Source: Fistulifera solaris
Taxonomy: Eukaryota
Direction: 5' to 3'
Length of the DNA stretch: 64,000 nucleotides
Assembly: GCA_030295235.1 (NCBI GenBank)
Contig: AP026137.1
Coordinates: forward strand, 744,001 to 808,000
Made by a program: the position numbers and the translations under genes. A model generated the notes under the pieces. It had not been told where the DNA came from, searched no databases, and saw only the letters and a list, made by a program, of their open reading frames with translations. Shown one piece after another: positions 11,591 through 26,094 of this stretch (positions within the stretch are counted from its first letter, which is position 1; each line of letters begins with the position of its first letter).

Positions 11591-13169
11591 ATGATAGAAT
11601 TCATCCTCTTTTCGTTTCAACTAGGGAGGCGGCTCATAATGGCAGCCTGCGGTGGTGCGCTGATTCTCCTTGTCGTGACCGCTCTCGTCCGCCTCTGGCT
11701 TTTGCGTCGACGATATGCACAAATACGACACAAATTACGGAAATCTTCTGCGAAAGTAGTGCTCGGATTCTTTCATCCGTATTGCTCCGGTGGTGGCGGT
11801 GGAGAACGTGTGTTATGGAAAATGATCCAAGACATTGGTGGATTGTGCGAACGAGGCTTTTCCGTACAAATTGTAATTTATACGGTCGATCCTCCGTCTC
11901 CTACCTACCAAGAACAATTATTACAACAGATTCAAGAACGATTCGATTTACTCATATCCAAGCAATTGCAAATACAATTCGTTCATTTGCATGCATATGC
12001 TCATTACTTGCAACCAGCTCCGCGTCTTTCGTTGTTGGTGGAATCGTACGGAACCATGCGATTGGCAATGGCAGCATTGGAATCCACACAATCACCACTT
12101 CCGGACTGGTTCATCGATACCACTGGATGTGCTTTTGCATTTCTGGTCGCGCGGCTACTGTACGGCTGTAAGATCATGGCCTACGTGCATTATCCGACCA
12201 TCTCGACGGATATGTTGCAATTGGTCTGGGAGCGACGAAGAAATGCTTACAATCACTCGTTGGCCAACAGTCGGATCCTGACGTACGGGAAACTGCTGTA
12301 TTATTGTTTCTTCGCTGTTCTGTACGGTATTACGGGCAGTTTGGCGGAGATTGTGTTCGTCAATTCGCAATGGACGCGTGCTCATATCCAGTATTTGTGG
12401 AAATGGTCGCATTGGAAGAAACGAATACGTCTGTTGTATCCACCGTGCCGTGTGCAACAACAAACAGCCGTTCTGCAACGTCCGCGGGACAATGTGATTC
12501 TATCGATTGGTCAATTTCGACCCGAAAAAGATCATCCATTGCAAATTGAATCGTTTCATCGATTGATACAGAAATACCCGGAATGGAGAGGCCGTGTGCA
12601 ACTTGTTTTGATCGGAAGCTGCCGTGGACCGGGTGATGAAGAGCGATTAAGCAGGCTTTGTGACTTGGTGCAACAGTACCAATTATCCGAGAAAGATGTG
12701 CATTTCGTGGTCAATCAACCGTATAGTGTGTTGCAACAATGGCTCACGCGGGCGAGTGTGGGTATTCATACGGTAAGAAGGAAATTCTATGTGCCACTAT
12801 TATTGTTTCATGTCTAATCTAACTTTTATTATCTCGCTTATATTTCTTCACTGCACCCTACGCATCGTTGCGTAGATGTGGAATGAACATTTCGGTATTG
12901 GGATAGTCGAGATGATGGATGCGGGTTTAAATGTTGTAGCCCACAATTCGGGAGGTCCCCAAACGGACATTATAACTCCTGGTGTGAATGGTTACTTGGC
13001 GACAACCGCCGATGAATATGCGGACGCCTTACACCAAGCCCTGTCTATCGATAAGAATGACAATGAGATGCGGAGGAAAGCAATAGAATCTTCAGCGCGT
13101 TTCTCGGATGAAGAATTTTCCAAAATATTCCAACAAGCAATCCTCAGCGCGAAGGTGCTACATCCTTAA
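11591..13169 (+). CDS. ALG11: GDP-Man:Man3GlcNAc2-PP-Dol alpha-1,2-mannosyltransferase
   Basis: Motifs [52 protein letters not shown]. Intron 12773-12875. Confidence 0.96.
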
Positions 13170-13226
13170 TTGGTCGCCACAGCCAATGTGCTTTTTTTTA
13201 GTCGGCCATATTCCCAAATCAATACT

Positions 13227-14888
13227 TTATACATCATCTTCATGTTCTTCTTCGGCATTCTCATCTAATTCATCAATCGTTTCACTAGTAGTATTTCGGT
13301 TCATTCCGTTGCGTCGTCTTAGACCAGATTGTCGGCGTTGCTCTTTGAATGCTGTAATATATTCTGGATCAATCGATTCGTGCTGCACCAGTAGCGCGAG
13401 TCCCCGTGGTAGCTCGTGTCGAGACCCACGAGTTCTTCCAAAGGATCCGCCCGGAACCAGCCTCTCCAATCAAGCCAAATAAAGAACGGAAGCATGAAGA
13501 CAAATACCCAACCACAAATGAAAAGAATGCCTACTAGCTGCGCACACAAGAGGCTCATGTCACCAGCTTCTCCTCTACGGATGGCATAAAACCACCCCGG
13601 GTGAACGGAACGGCCATAACACATGTCGAGACGCCTCGGCGAAGCAAAGAGACCAACGGCAATGAGACCCCACATCCCATTCAACATGTGAACAGGAATC
13701 GCATCTACTGCATCATCCAGACGTAGCTTGACTAGCCATCGCGATCCGTAAAGGTAAAATAACCCCGCTACAAAGCCGGTGACAACGGCAGCCCAAGGCT
13801 CAACGACTCCGCATCCGCCCGTAACAGCGACCAGCCCAGCCAAGGTCCCATTCATAGCGTATTTAAGTTGAAAGACGGCTTCTCCGGTCGTTCTTTCGAG
13901 ATACCACAAGTTCGCAAACAAGGCTGTGACACCCGCAACGCCCGCGGCGAGGGTGGAGTTTACAGCGGCGAGTGCAGCAAGCTTGCCGGTATGCTCATTC
14001 CCAATTAGCAGGGCAGAGCCACTATTGAATCCATACCATCCGAACCATAGTATAAAAGTTCCAAGCATCTGTATAGTAAGTTTGAAAAGTGAGGATAAAC
14101 TCTAGGAAAATCGAGAAACGCGTCAAAGTACGATCAACACTCACCTGCAAAGCAGCAGAATGACCGGGAATTTCCACCGGAAACGCCAATCTTCGACCGG
14201 CTTCGTCATGAAAGCGTCCGCGACGGGGACCGAGAACGCTAGTGGCAAAAGAGCGGTCACTCCTCCCGTAAGGTGCACAACACCGGACCCAGCAAAGTCC
14301 ACCATCCCAACACCCCACAAAGGATCTACCGAAAAAGCAGAAAGAATGCCTTGTGAATTCCAAATAGCGTGCACAATAATCGGATAGACCCAGCCTGTCA
14401 GTACTACTGAATAGCAAAGATACGCTACCATCTGGCATCGCTCGGCGAGTGTTCCAGCAACGATTGTAGCCGATGCCGCGCTAAAGGCATAATGGAACAA
14501 CCAAAACGCCGGATCATCGACATCTTTCATAAAGAAATTTGTCTTGCCAATGAATGTTTTTTCCGCTGAATCAGTATTCATTCCCCCGAAGGAGAATGCA
14601 AAGCCTACTAAGAAATAAGCAATCGAAGCACCACACGCATCCAGCAGATTCTTCAACATGGTGTTTTGCACGTTCTTCTTGCGCACACAACCGGCGCACA
14701 ACATGGCGAAACCCGCTTGCATGAAAAAAGATAAGAGCGGCCGCAAAGACCAGTAAAACATCGCGAGCGAATTGTCGAGCCCCGATATCGGCGTTGGAAA
14801 CGATGCATCGGATCAACTCTTTGGTGTCCTCGGTACTGTCTAAATCGCAAAAGGTACCGACACCGGCGTTGAAGTCTCCGTACCTCAT
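13227..14888 (-). CDS. AMT: Ammonium transporter (AMT1-type)
   Basis: Motifs FFMQAGFAMLCAG, TIVAGTLAER, DFAGSGVVH, LWFGWYGFN, LDDAVDAIPVH; both pore His residues present. Intron ~14070-14144. Several frameshifts. Confidence 0.95.
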
Positions 14889-15958
14889 CGTAAATTAATC
14901 TATTCCAGCGGAGATAAGCGGATCAAACGAAAAGGATTGTAGCAATAAACTGAAAGGGTGTGATGATTAGATAATAATGACCAGTGATGATCTGACGGTT
15001 GGTTGACAAGACAGGATGAGAGCCCGGCTGGTTCGGGATTTCGGGATGGTCCGAGCAAGGGTCGGTCCGAGCTCCGAGCTTGCGGCGTTCGGTGCTTTTC
15101 GAAACAACTGTTATAGTTCCGGAGTTTGTGAGGTGGCGGTTGTTCCATTTCCGTTGTTCGTATTCATCCGCGCAGGAAATCAACTACTTGATAGATAGTA
15201 AAAACGAAAATACAAACAAGAACAGAAAGATAGAGAAAGCTGGTGTCTTTAGCAGTGCAAATCCAGAAATCATTCAAATTCATGTTTCTTTGTAGCTGAT
15301 AGTAAAACTATTTTCTAGGCGTATCAGTTATCTTGGCTACAGTCGTTACGATACAAAGAGTACAGGAGCAGGGCAAAGGGCGAATGACCGAATGACCTTT
15401 GTTCTTATCCCGAACGCTAAATGATATGTATAAGGCATTTGGCATTTCTAAGGGGGTACAAGGTACAAGTATGCCAAATTGAATGTCGCTGTCCCATTAT
15501 TTAGCTAGAGCGAAAGACACAAGAAATAGGTCGGTGTAGGCCTTTTACCTTCAAAGCATTTAGGATGGAAAGGTTGAATAAGTTCTCGATAAAACTTGGC
15601 AAGTATGTGATCTTCTTAGCATGAATTTCAGGCAGTAAACTTCGAGCATCAAACGATCTTAGGAAAACTCGTGCATGCAACCAATGAAGTATGCAAGGGA
15701 AACGAAAAAGCATCATCCATTGGGATTGAGACTGAACGGAGTGCGTAATCAAACGTATTCTTTGTAATCAAGCACAACTGTTGACCATTCGGCAATAAGC
15801 AATAGATAAAGCTCAAGAATCACGACGGTGCGATGAAGCTAAAACTAATATATAACATTATTTGTGCCTTTGACCGCGTTCAAGCGCGGAAACAGCATGA
15901 TTTTTGTTGATGCAAAGACCGATATTGAGACGAAACGAGTGAAACGACACCTCACGTT

Positions 15959-16998
15959 TTAATCAAAGCAGACGTCGTACGGATCGCAACAAGCAAGAAT
16001 TTCGCAGGCCACTTCTTTACAATCAAGCCCAAATCTAAACAGGTTTTCCGGACAGGTGGGACACGCTTCGCAGTATACGGCGGGCAATGCACCGGTTAAC
16101 AAATTGCCGTGAAGGTAGAGATGATCTACAGATTGCGCCGTATGAGATATTTTCATCATGACGACCATCATCAACAACAGAAGAAAGACTTACCAAGCGT
16201 GCGATTTTCGTTGAAAAGGTCATCTGGAATCGTTCCAGTCAATTCATTGTGGTGCAAGTAGATCTCCTGCAACAACGGCATGTTTCGGAAGATTTCACTG
16301 TTGATTTTTCCGCCAATTTTATTGTGGCCCCACACCAACTCCTGGATGCCATCTAGCATAACAAGTGCTTCTGGAATACTTCCGACAAGATTGTTTTGAT
16401 GGAAATCGAGAACGGATACATCACTGACCGGTCGCTGGAATGCCCCGGGTGCGAACACGTGTTCACCCGCGCACTGAACACCTTCCCATTCGCAATGCGA
16501 GACACTGGTCAACCATCCAGTCTTGCGCGTCCAGCTAGAGCCGCCCATAGCATAGAACAATGTGGCCAGGGCGAAACGACGAGGCAGCTGGTGATATTCA
16601 TTGACCGTGTCCTCATGAATGATCCATGCAGCTGCACGGACTTCAGGGGGCATGCTTTCATCTTCCTGCTTTCCTTGCAAATCCCAAACATCGTTTGAGA
16701 TAGTTTGGAGATAACCTTGCGATACGGGGTACCTCTCAAAGGAGGCTCGTAGAATTTCCAGTTCTTGCTGGGGGCTAGCCACAGTAATGTTCGCCTCCAC
16801 GGGCCTGGAGTACGTGACGGTTCCCTCATCGTCTTTACCCACTACGACAATAAGAACAGTAATGAGAGCTGCGATAGCAATTAAGACTGCCGTCACAACG
16901 ACAATCACTTCCTTTCGTGATCGTTTGCCCCAGATACCCTGGGTTTCAATTTCCTGACGGTCGGGTATTCTCTCGACACCGATCATGATTCTACACAC
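15959..16998 (-). CDS. Membrane-anchored leucine-rich-repeat protein (diatom type)
   Basis: TM helix, RFALATLFYAMGG..W...WL...HCEWEGVQC cap, LRR units (NNLVGSIP, NELTGTIP, NLLTGALP) and a Cys-rich end. Intron near 16130-16193. 5' end uncertain. Confidence 0.8.
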
Positions 16999-17701
16999 CC
17001 TTTCTTGAATTCCTTCGGCAATTCACTAAGGCCTACGTTTTCCGCTATCAGATCGAATTCACTTCCAGAGGCTTAGAAGAAGCACTTCCAAGCAAGGATG
17101 CTTGGTTGTGCTTTTGACAGAGAGAATGAGGTAAAATAGAGGAGAAGGACGAGTTCGTTGTCGTCGTCGTAGGTTATTCAGCGGATGCGTGCTGGTTTGC
17201 GCTTTGTTGGCCTTCGTCTTTTCCGCCGCACTTTGTTGGGAGACCCCCTTCCGCTGTCGCCACTACTTACTTCTATAGTCTTCAGTCGCACCACTTTGAC
17301 AGTAGCGTAGAGTGTGGTGGAATGACCACGGTTTGTTCTTCTGTCGTGGTTCGTGTCCAATAGGGTTCTCTACAAAACTATGACGAGGAAAGTTCATCAT
17401 ACTATCGTACCGGTTCTGGTGTCATCATCTGGTTTTGAAGCGAAGGACGAACGACAACGACACAGATTACAACGAACACAACGCTCTCTTTTTGACATGA
17501 TGCGTTTATAGTTCAAGGAGAATGCAACGGGCAACAACATCGAGATATCAAAAAGACAGAGACAACAACAAAGCCCTTTTGTCATTTTCAGCAGCGGAGT
17601 AACACGAATCAAGAGCGATCTTTCGGTAATAGTTTAGTTGGGTGATAAGAACACCACCGGAAGAAGAAGGTGCATTCGAAGAAGGAGTGCTTGACCTTAA
17701 A

Positions 17702-18963
17702 ATGTTGTGCGAGATCTGCGGATGGGCTGCAGCAATTGCCTCTGCCTTGGCGTTTGGTAGTTTCGGGGTGCTCATCAAGAGCGATGCGGCCAAATCCGTG
17801 GATATTGATCCGTTGGTCTTTCAATCCTACAAAACGTTCATGTGTTTCTTGACGTCATGGATCGTTCTCTTTACGAAGATTTCCATTTTAGTCCCTGGGG
17901 CATCGTGTCAGGCTTGTTCTGGGTTCCGGGTGGTATAGCCACTGTTTATGCTATTAAATCAGCGGGATTAGCGATCGGTATCGGTATTGGGTCCTCGATC
18001 ATTGTTCTGGTCAGCTTCATTTGGGGAATCTTTGTTTTCGGTGAAGAAGTCAGAAGTCTATGGGGAGCATGCTTCGCCGTTTTATGCATGATGGGAGGGT
18101 TAATGGGTATGAGCTACTTCTCTAGTCCGGATGCAGTCGCTCCCTTTCACGACGATATCACTTTAGAGAACCTTGGTGCTACGGTACCCTCTTCTTTGGT
18201 GAACAGTACCGCCGTTCATAGCATTCGCAACCGCGGACCTCATTATCATGGAATTGATACTCATGACGATGATGAATGCGACCATTTTCGTGATCGTACT
18301 ACGAAAGTAGCTACAGACGATGAACTTGGTGCGACAAAAATCAATAGTGACGTCCAATCCACGCAGCGCACAGAGACAAACAGTTCGCTGGAGAGTCTGT
18401 CGGATGACGACAATGCTGATCTATCTTCTGACACAATTTATATCCTGGACGGTATACCGCTAACAAGAAGGCATAGAGGTATGCTGGCTGCCGTGTTCTG
18501 TGGTGCGTGGGGCGGAAGTGTCATGGCGCCAATGAAATTATGCAAGTCGGACACACAAGGCGTTGGATACTTGCTAAGCTTTTCCATTGGAGCATCGATC
18601 GTTACGATTTCTCTATGGATCATGCGGTACATCTTCTATGCGTGGCAACATCAGTCGTTGAGTTCAGCTTATCAAAGCTTACCTCCGCTTCACCTTCGCG
18701 TTATGTGGTGTGCCGGAGGAACGAGCGGCCTTTTGTGGAGTATTGGCAACTTTTTCAGTCTCATTTCCGTCAAGAATCTAGGACAAGGTGTCGGCTACCC
18801 TCTTTCACAGACTTCCATACTGGTCAGTGGTCTCTGGGGGATTTTTTATTTTCGCGAAGTAACGGGTTGGGAACGCATTTCGAGATGGCTACTATCGTCG
18901 CTTCTCACCATTTTCGGTATTTTGTTGCTCAGCTACGAGCATCACGCTTCCGATGATGTATAG
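17702..18963 (+). CDS. TMEM144-like drug/metabolite-superfamily transporter
   Basis: Motifs AFGSFGVLIK, FSPWGIVSGLFWVPG, SGLLWSIGN, VGYPLSQ..LVSGLWGIFYFRE. Frameshift near 17865. Confidence 0.8.
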
Positions 18964-19087
18964 GTATTGATTTCTTAAGATGTTAAAATTTATTATTAAG
19001 CTACTCCTGGTAGGACACGCCCTTTTCAGCAATGACGAATGACGCTTGCGCAAAGGTAGTGAATCTGACGTCTCCAGAACGAACATC

Positions 19088-20626
19088 CTAGCCGTACGCT
19101 ACTATAGCTTTCTCTAACTTTGCCGTCGTTTCCGCTAGCAGACTGGTGTTAGGCTCATCATTCATCACAAGATGATCGATCCCCTCGCTGTCCTTTTCCT
19201 GAGAAAATCCGACTGCAAGCAACAAGTTTTTGCCCCCACAAATGGTTTTACTCGTGTCTTGTATGCGTTATTTTCCATGTTGATGGATCGAAACTTCGGG
19301 TCATTGGGGTTGTTTGCCAGATTGCCCACATAGGCTTTCAATACTTTTAGACATTTTCCGCCGTCTCCTCCAGCACGGTAAGCCGACACTTTTGCGATGT
19401 AATCATCAATTTTCGCTGCGGAAGCCTTAAGTTTCTTCTTCTTTTGTTCCTCATCGTCCGCACCATGTACACCTTCCAATTCAACGTCGTATTGAATGGC
19501 ATCTGGCGTGTACCCATCGATACCAAGCTTTGAACCCAGTTTACCTTTATTTGCTGCGCGTTCCAGTTTATCTTTTTCAAGTTGCGCTTTGATTCTAGCG
19601 CGTTCCCTCTTAAAATCCTCCTTTTCTTTTTTTACGAAGAGCAATTTCGCGCTTGCGTTGTTCTGCATCCAATTGTTCTCTAGTCTTGTGCATTTCCTTG
19701 CCCATGTTCCTACGTTGCAATTCCCGAGTTACTTCTTCGGCCTTTTCAATCTCTTCTCGTTCCTGTCGTTTCGCCTTGAGAAGGTCTTTGATTTCGGCAA
19801 TTTTGTTCGCCTTTTCTTCTGCAGTAAGGGGCACGACACTTTGCGTCGACTCCTCGAAATCGGAATGACCCGTTTTGTTAGCGTGCAATTCTAAATTGGC
19901 CAGATTCGATAGAATCTTTCCACATTCGTTGCATTTATACGACTGCGCCTTAAGACCACCTGCTGGAATAGGTTCGTCAATATCATCATCTTCTTGATGC
20001 TGCATGAGCCATTCAACAGCACTTTCTACTGTCGATCCGTTGCCGTAAAGCAAACCTTTTTGCGCTCTGAGGAGTGAAAACCCCATCTCTTCCGTCAAAG
20101 TCTTCAATAACTCCGGATCTAGTTTCGAGACTGGATCATCAACAGGTTTGTCGGCTGGTTCATCAATGTCCATCTTGTCGTCTTCTGCATCCGGAGCTGT
20201 TACCTCCACCGGTTCTGCAACGGGTGCCGGCTTTGCCGGGGAAGCAGCGAGAAGTCGACTGACACCGCCACTGGAGCCACTTCCCAGTCGTTGTCCTCCC
20301 GTCTCTGGGAGAGCCGGTTTTTTACTCGACACCAGTGCCTGCACCGCTGCAATATTCGCACCCACAATGCGATCCTTTTCGCTTCCGGACTCGTAGTAAA
20401 TGTGCGTAGGGAAGGCGTTCACACGGTAGGCACCCAAATCTCCCTCTAACGCATCTTCGTGTACGATAGCCATGGGGATGGGACTGGACGCTGCTGCTTG
20501 CTCGAGGGCAGGACGGCTTGCTTTGCACGGCCCGCACCAATGCGCAGAGAATGTAACAAGGCAGTTTGCATTTGCTGTCATGAACTGCTGCAGCTCCGAA
20601 GGTGAATGTAATTCTTTGAGAGGCAT
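19088..20626 (-). CDS. Thioredoxin-UBA-C2H2 zinc finger-coiled coil-PUB domain protein (p97/CDC48 adaptor-like)
   Basis: Thioredoxin HWCGPC; UBA MGF...AVEWL; zinc finger CNECGK...HANKTGH; PUB NPNDPKFRSINMEN..LAVGF. Two homopolymer frameshifts. Confidence 0.8.
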
Positions 20627-21231
20627 TTTGCGTTTAACGAGTAAAACAACAAGTTACAGGAATGTTTTTGTGTATGTTTCTGGTCTAATGGAGGGGTTGC
20701 AAAGCGAGTGATTGAATGACGGAATCTTTATTACTTCACGATAATCTTGCCCATCATGTTCATCGTTCATCATTGTCGCCGCATCTTTTCTTGTTGCTTC
20801 GATGTTTTTCATTGTTTTCTCCCCCGTTACCCGTTACTGCTGGACGGTCAGACGTATCGTACCGGTACCAGTAAACCAGTAATCCAGTAATCAATACGGA
20901 GTAGAAGGTATACCACGTCACGAAAGAAATGACGTCACAATATTCGTCTTATCCGTGAATGAATCAGGATTCAACTTCTCTAGGTCGCCGAAACATCATT
21001 ACTCTGGAGTAAAGTATGCTAAATAAATTCGAATCCACGTACGAAGAAGACGATGACGAGGTCGTCGTTGTGACCACTCGTAGAACGGCCAGTTCGCGTC
21101 ATGGAACTGTCCGACAAAGAGTAGACCCCTCGATGAGCGGCTCGTTTCTTCGCTTCCTCCTTCCGATGGCTTTCATTTCCACGAAAATCAGTCGGCATAA
21201 CGTAAACGATTCGTATTTAGACTGCATTACC

Positions 21232-21693
21232 ATGAGTGACAAGAAAGGAGCAAAGATCTTCAAGACCAAGTGTTCGCAGTGCCACACTGTTGAAGAGGGA
21301 GGATCGCACAAGCAAGGACCGAATCTTTACGGTTTCTTTGGCCGTCAATCCGGTCAAGCCGATGGCTACTCGTACAGTGCTGCCAACAAGAAGTCGGGTA
21401 TCATCTGGGGAGAAGACACTCTTTTGAGTATTTGGAGAACCCCAAGAAATACATCAAGGTGCGTAGGAAGTAGTGATGGGAAAAGTGCCGGTATGATTTG
21501 CTGTGGTCATTTTGATCGCATTGATTCGTGTAGTTGGGCGATTGAGGTGCATTAAAAGCGATCATTCCATTCAGATTTCTCACACACACACTTGATTTAT
21601 TAACAGGGAACGAAAATGATCTTTGCTGGGCTCAAGAAGGAGAAGGATCGTCAAGATTTGATCGCATACCTCAAGGCGACTTGCAGTGCTTAA
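21232..21693 (+). CDS. Mitochondrial cytochrome c
   Basis: [38 protein letters not shown]. Intron 21459-21606. 1-nt slip at ~21421. Confidence 0.97.
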
Positions 21694-21904
21694 ATATTTT
21701 GATGGAATTTGCAAATTAGGAACCGCTCGTGCTGCATTAGAATAACTTCCATAATAATTGCAAAGCATCAAAACTTCCAACAAAACAAATATCTTTGCTC
21801 AGCTTAATGGGTTCAATGTGTGCGAGATAGCTAGACTTTGTGGGCTTTGTGTTTGACGAACTTGTCGTTTTGGAAAGGTATATTAGAAAGGTATAACTAT
21901 ATTT

Positions 21905-23697
21905 CTATCGAACTACAGTGACTCGACCGCTTGAATTTCCTCCGACAACAATCAAATGATCAGTTGATGGATGAAAACAACAGCGACTAGCCACAGCCGT
22001 TAGAGCGTCACCAGAGATTCCACGTAGTAGCTCCGTTTCGGGAGAAAAGATCTCAATGCGGCGAGGGCGGGCCATACTACCGACGCAGAAAATATCCAGC
22101 GAGGGATGCCACCGGGCATTGAAAGTAGTGAGCCACCGTCCTGTCTTATTATCGTGTCGTATACTCTTCCATGGCTTGGTTGGCTTACTGCTGCTCTTCT
22201 CGAGATGAAAGTCCTTGATAATGTCCAGCTTGTCGCTCATTGTTGTGGCCACAACAAACTGGCCTTTGGTGAAAAGTAAGCACTGTTGATGGACTTTCCG
22301 CCAAAGTACTCGGCGACAGGAACGTCTCGATTTTTCGACAAGTTACGCAAGTCCCACAATTTGACCGTACAATCGAGACCCCCCGATATCATCGAACAAC
22401 CGTTCGGGTGAAGGCTGACGTAATTGACTCGTGAGAGGGCACTGCAAAGGAGAGCCATCCACGCTTCTTCATCCAGTACTTACCTTAGGGTGTTGATCTT
22501 CTTTTCACTCCATTGACGATTAAATGTTACCTGACCTTTGGACCTCAAATCAACATGCAAGGCTGTCCCGATAGAAGTCGATACGAAAAAGCACTGATCC
22601 GTCATGAATCGACTATCAATGCACGCGTATTGCGTCCAAAAGCTGTAGCCGGTGTCTAAATTATAGCCAAGATGATCTTTGCCGAACGACTCATCCACTG
22701 TCGCAAAATGCTGGACCATGGATTCCTTTTCGACATCAAACACACGCACCGTCCCATCGTACGAGCCAGACAGTAGTTTGGAACCAGAACTAGTCCACTC
22801 CAAGCAGCTGACAGCTCCCGAATGGTATTTGAACAAATGGACACCATCATTCACTTTTGAGGCACCATCGACATTCCATATTCCGACGTAGCCTGATTTG
22901 TCACCCGCAGCTGCAATGACTTGATCTGAAGATGGATGAACCGCGATGCCATAAATTCGGTCGGGAACCACTTTCGCAGCACATTTATCCACGTCGTCCA
23001 CTGACAATTCATTCAAAGCAGTTTTCAACCAGTCTTCATCGGGTTTCTCATCGTTGCCGAGTGAACGCACGGATTTCGGGCTGACGTGATTGTTGGCCAT
23101 CTTTCTGTCAATGAGGGGAACCAGTTCATCACGCACAAATTTGATCGCGGTTTCAACAGATGACTCTTGCACCCATTTCGACCCAGTGAGCTCGACAGCT
23201 TTTTCAATCGAAAGATCTTCGCCGTCATTGACGCGATTTCGATAGTACTCTTGCCTCACATTTTGTTTCTCTTCAACGTCGCCTTCCGTGGACTTGGTGT
23301 TCCCATCGCTAGCAATGGTGAAACGACCCGCACTCTCGTTTTCAACGTAAATATTCTCCGATTCAATTCCGGCTATGCGTTTCGATTTTCGACGTTCTGT
23401 AGGAGTCACTTCGACCTTGCGTTTCTTGATGCCTTGCGAGGCCGCCGGTTTGCGCTTCATTTGCATCTCCGCGAGTTCTTCTTTCGCCGTCAAAAGTCCA
23501 GATTCTCGTAGCATTTGTTGGTTGCGCTGGCGTTTCGCGTTCACCATCTCTTGATACGTGTCGTAAACGACTCCTTCGAACGAATATACTTCAGGCGACA
23601 ACACATCGTCGCCCGATTCTTCCTTCGGCTGGCTCCTCGTCGTCCTTTTCGGGGAAGATGCAGTTTGCGAAGTTGCGGAAGCCTTTCTTCGTGCCAT
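21905..23697 (-). CDS. WDR76: WD40 protein, WDR76/CMR1-like
   Basis: KVVPDRIY..AVHP, AAGDKSG.VGIW, IRHDNKTGRWLT.F.ARW. Intron 22415-22483. Frameshift near 22265. Confidence 0.85.
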
Positions 23698-24087
23698 CTT
23701 GCTTTTCTTTAACGTTCAAGGCAAGGTACAGGCAGTATGTTGATATGAAATGTTATTTTTGTCGTTATTTGTTTCCAAAAGATGTGCTGATGATTCACTC
23801 GACAAAAAAATGACATGCCAGCACACACGTTTTTTTTTTTATTTCGTTCCGCCTTTTTTTACACCGTTCTCGTGTAAGGATTGTACTCTGAAGCATATAG
23901 TCTCACTTGGTCACACCGCGATAAACCTAGGATGCCATTATTTTTTAGTTTTCATAACACTAGTCTACATAGGCAAAATATTGTCATCTCACCGTGTGGA
24001 AGCATTAAATATTTCTCTGGCTATCGATAAAAACTTGTAAATAATGTTTATCACGCTTGGTCCTCTAAAAAATACAACTGCGGCAAT

Positions 24088-24107
24088 TGTGTGTGTGTGT
24101 GTGTGTG
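24088..24107. repeat. (TG)n microsatellite
   Basis: tgtgtgtgtgtgtgtgtgtg. Confidence 0.9.
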
Positions 24108-24198
24108 CAGTATTTTATAGATTCTCCTGGATACACTGTGCAAGTCATGCATTGGGAAGAAGCAAAATCCATCGACTGGACGGCGAAAATTTTCTTGA

Positions 24199-25745
24199 TT
24201 AGATGATCGCATTTTCAACTTCCTTCGGCGCCGCTTTCGATGATTTCTCTCGACCGTATTTGCTGTTTTCTTTCCGAACCAGCGAAATAAATTTGCTAGA
24301 AGCTGCAACGGTAACATCTAGTTCGCGAACCATGAAAGCAAGCTGCATCATGTCCGCCGTAGATTCATCCACGTTCGTATTAGGAAATGGTGGTAATGTC
24401 ACAATAGCAGTTCCTGCGTCCGTTTCCTGGATATCAATTTCCCAGGCATGGTCGACCGCCAACTGGAGCAATAGACACCGCGCGGCGTCCACTTCGACTT
24501 GTAGCATTCCGGCTAGTTGCTCGAGTGGAATTACCGTATAAATGGAAGAGAGCTGGTACACATGTCGCCGTATCAAGGCCTGTTGGCATTGCTGAACCAT
24601 CCCGTAATTCCCATCCTCGACAAATACATCTTTGCTTTCATCCACCAGTCGAGCAAATGCCGCGCGGTCGACGTTGACAAAATCTTTCACAAGGTACCCG
24701 TAGATTGACATGTTCACAGCTTGATTTTTCTTTTCATCAAACTTCTCCGCCCTGATGCCTTCTGCCTCGACGGCATCATGATCGTCATCGCCGATGGGTG
24801 TTGTCGCTTCCACCATGTGAACTATTTCGGGGTTTTCTTCCGGTTCGCTCGCAGCGCTCGGCGGCTGCATACAAAGTGCGAGATTGATCAAGCGATTCAA
24901 GCGCTCCGAGACAGTTTTCGGAAACGCTAGAGGATCAAAGGGGTCCGATACATATCCCTGTTCTGCGAGACGTAAGCATTGTACGAGCACCATTTTTCTT
25001 CCACGCGGCAATCTGGATTGCCGAAACAGCATCACCAGGAACCGATAAACAAGTCCAAAAACACCGCACAGCCAAACGCTTGCTACCGCAAGCCATGTGA
25101 ATACAGCCTCGTAAGTAATAGTAACGCAGGACGTGTGTTACCGTGACCAACGAAGAAGGTCTGGGCCAAGTTTCGCCTACATGTGACTCCGCAAACGAGT
25201 ACTGTTCCGCGAAAATACATGCTTGCAAGAACTCCACGTGAAGGGGGTGCAGTGATTGGGCCGGTGGAAGGTGCTGCGAGAGAACCGCAAGGATCCCCGA
25301 CTTGGATATTTCAGTTCGAGGTTGACATTGACTCACGGCAAACCCGATTGTCTTTTATTTTAAGAAGAACGAGAAAAAAGGAAAATATGAGTGCACGTGG
25401 GAGAGACGTATTATGGCAGAAATATATGTTCATTCGCATAGTACGTACGCTCACAATGGTAGACAACGACTGCGAAGCGTCGTTTTCCCGGGACGCGACT
25501 GCCCTGTTATCCGCATGTGCCTCAGCCACGGAGGCATTCGAAATAGCAACATGGTAAGCGGGAAACTGCTTTGCTACAGCGTAGAGATAAGGAGCACAAA
25601 GATCCGTTGACTGCTTGAGAAGAGAAACGATTTCCCCCGACAACAAGTGCAATGCCTGAGGAGAAGGGTCGCTTTGTGCGATTGATTGTAGAAAGGCCAA
25701 AGGCGTTCCCGATGCGCCCGCAGCTGCCGAAGCTTCCGTAGACAT
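24199..25745 (-). CDS. COPS3: COP9 signalosome subunit 3-like PCI protein
   Basis: LHPLHVEFLQACI, LRYYYLRGCI, PGDAVSAIQIAAWKK, FVEDGNYGMVQQ, LSSIYTVIPL. Intron(s) near 25350-25450 and a frameshift at ~24995. Confidence 0.75.
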
Positions 25746-26094
25746 ATCTTATAATCTATGATAGTATTTGATAGACGCCTGAAAGGATGTTACAGAACAG
25801 AAGACACGAAACCTTTCCCTTATGCGATCATTGTGGCAGCGTTTTTGCGGTGCGGGTGCGGAACGATGCGAGCGCGTAATAATAAAGTCGTGACTAAAAA
25901 CAGTCGTGACAAATGTCACCTACACTTTGGCCTATAGTAACGCTAAAGGGGAACGACCGAAATGATTATTGACGTGGAGAATCACGATCTCCTTTTGCCA
26001 ATGCATCTAAAAGCAAGTAAGTTAAGACCACTAATTTCGGTAACTTCGTGGTTATTAAAATGTGAAGAGTTAACTTACGAAAAGGATGAATAAT

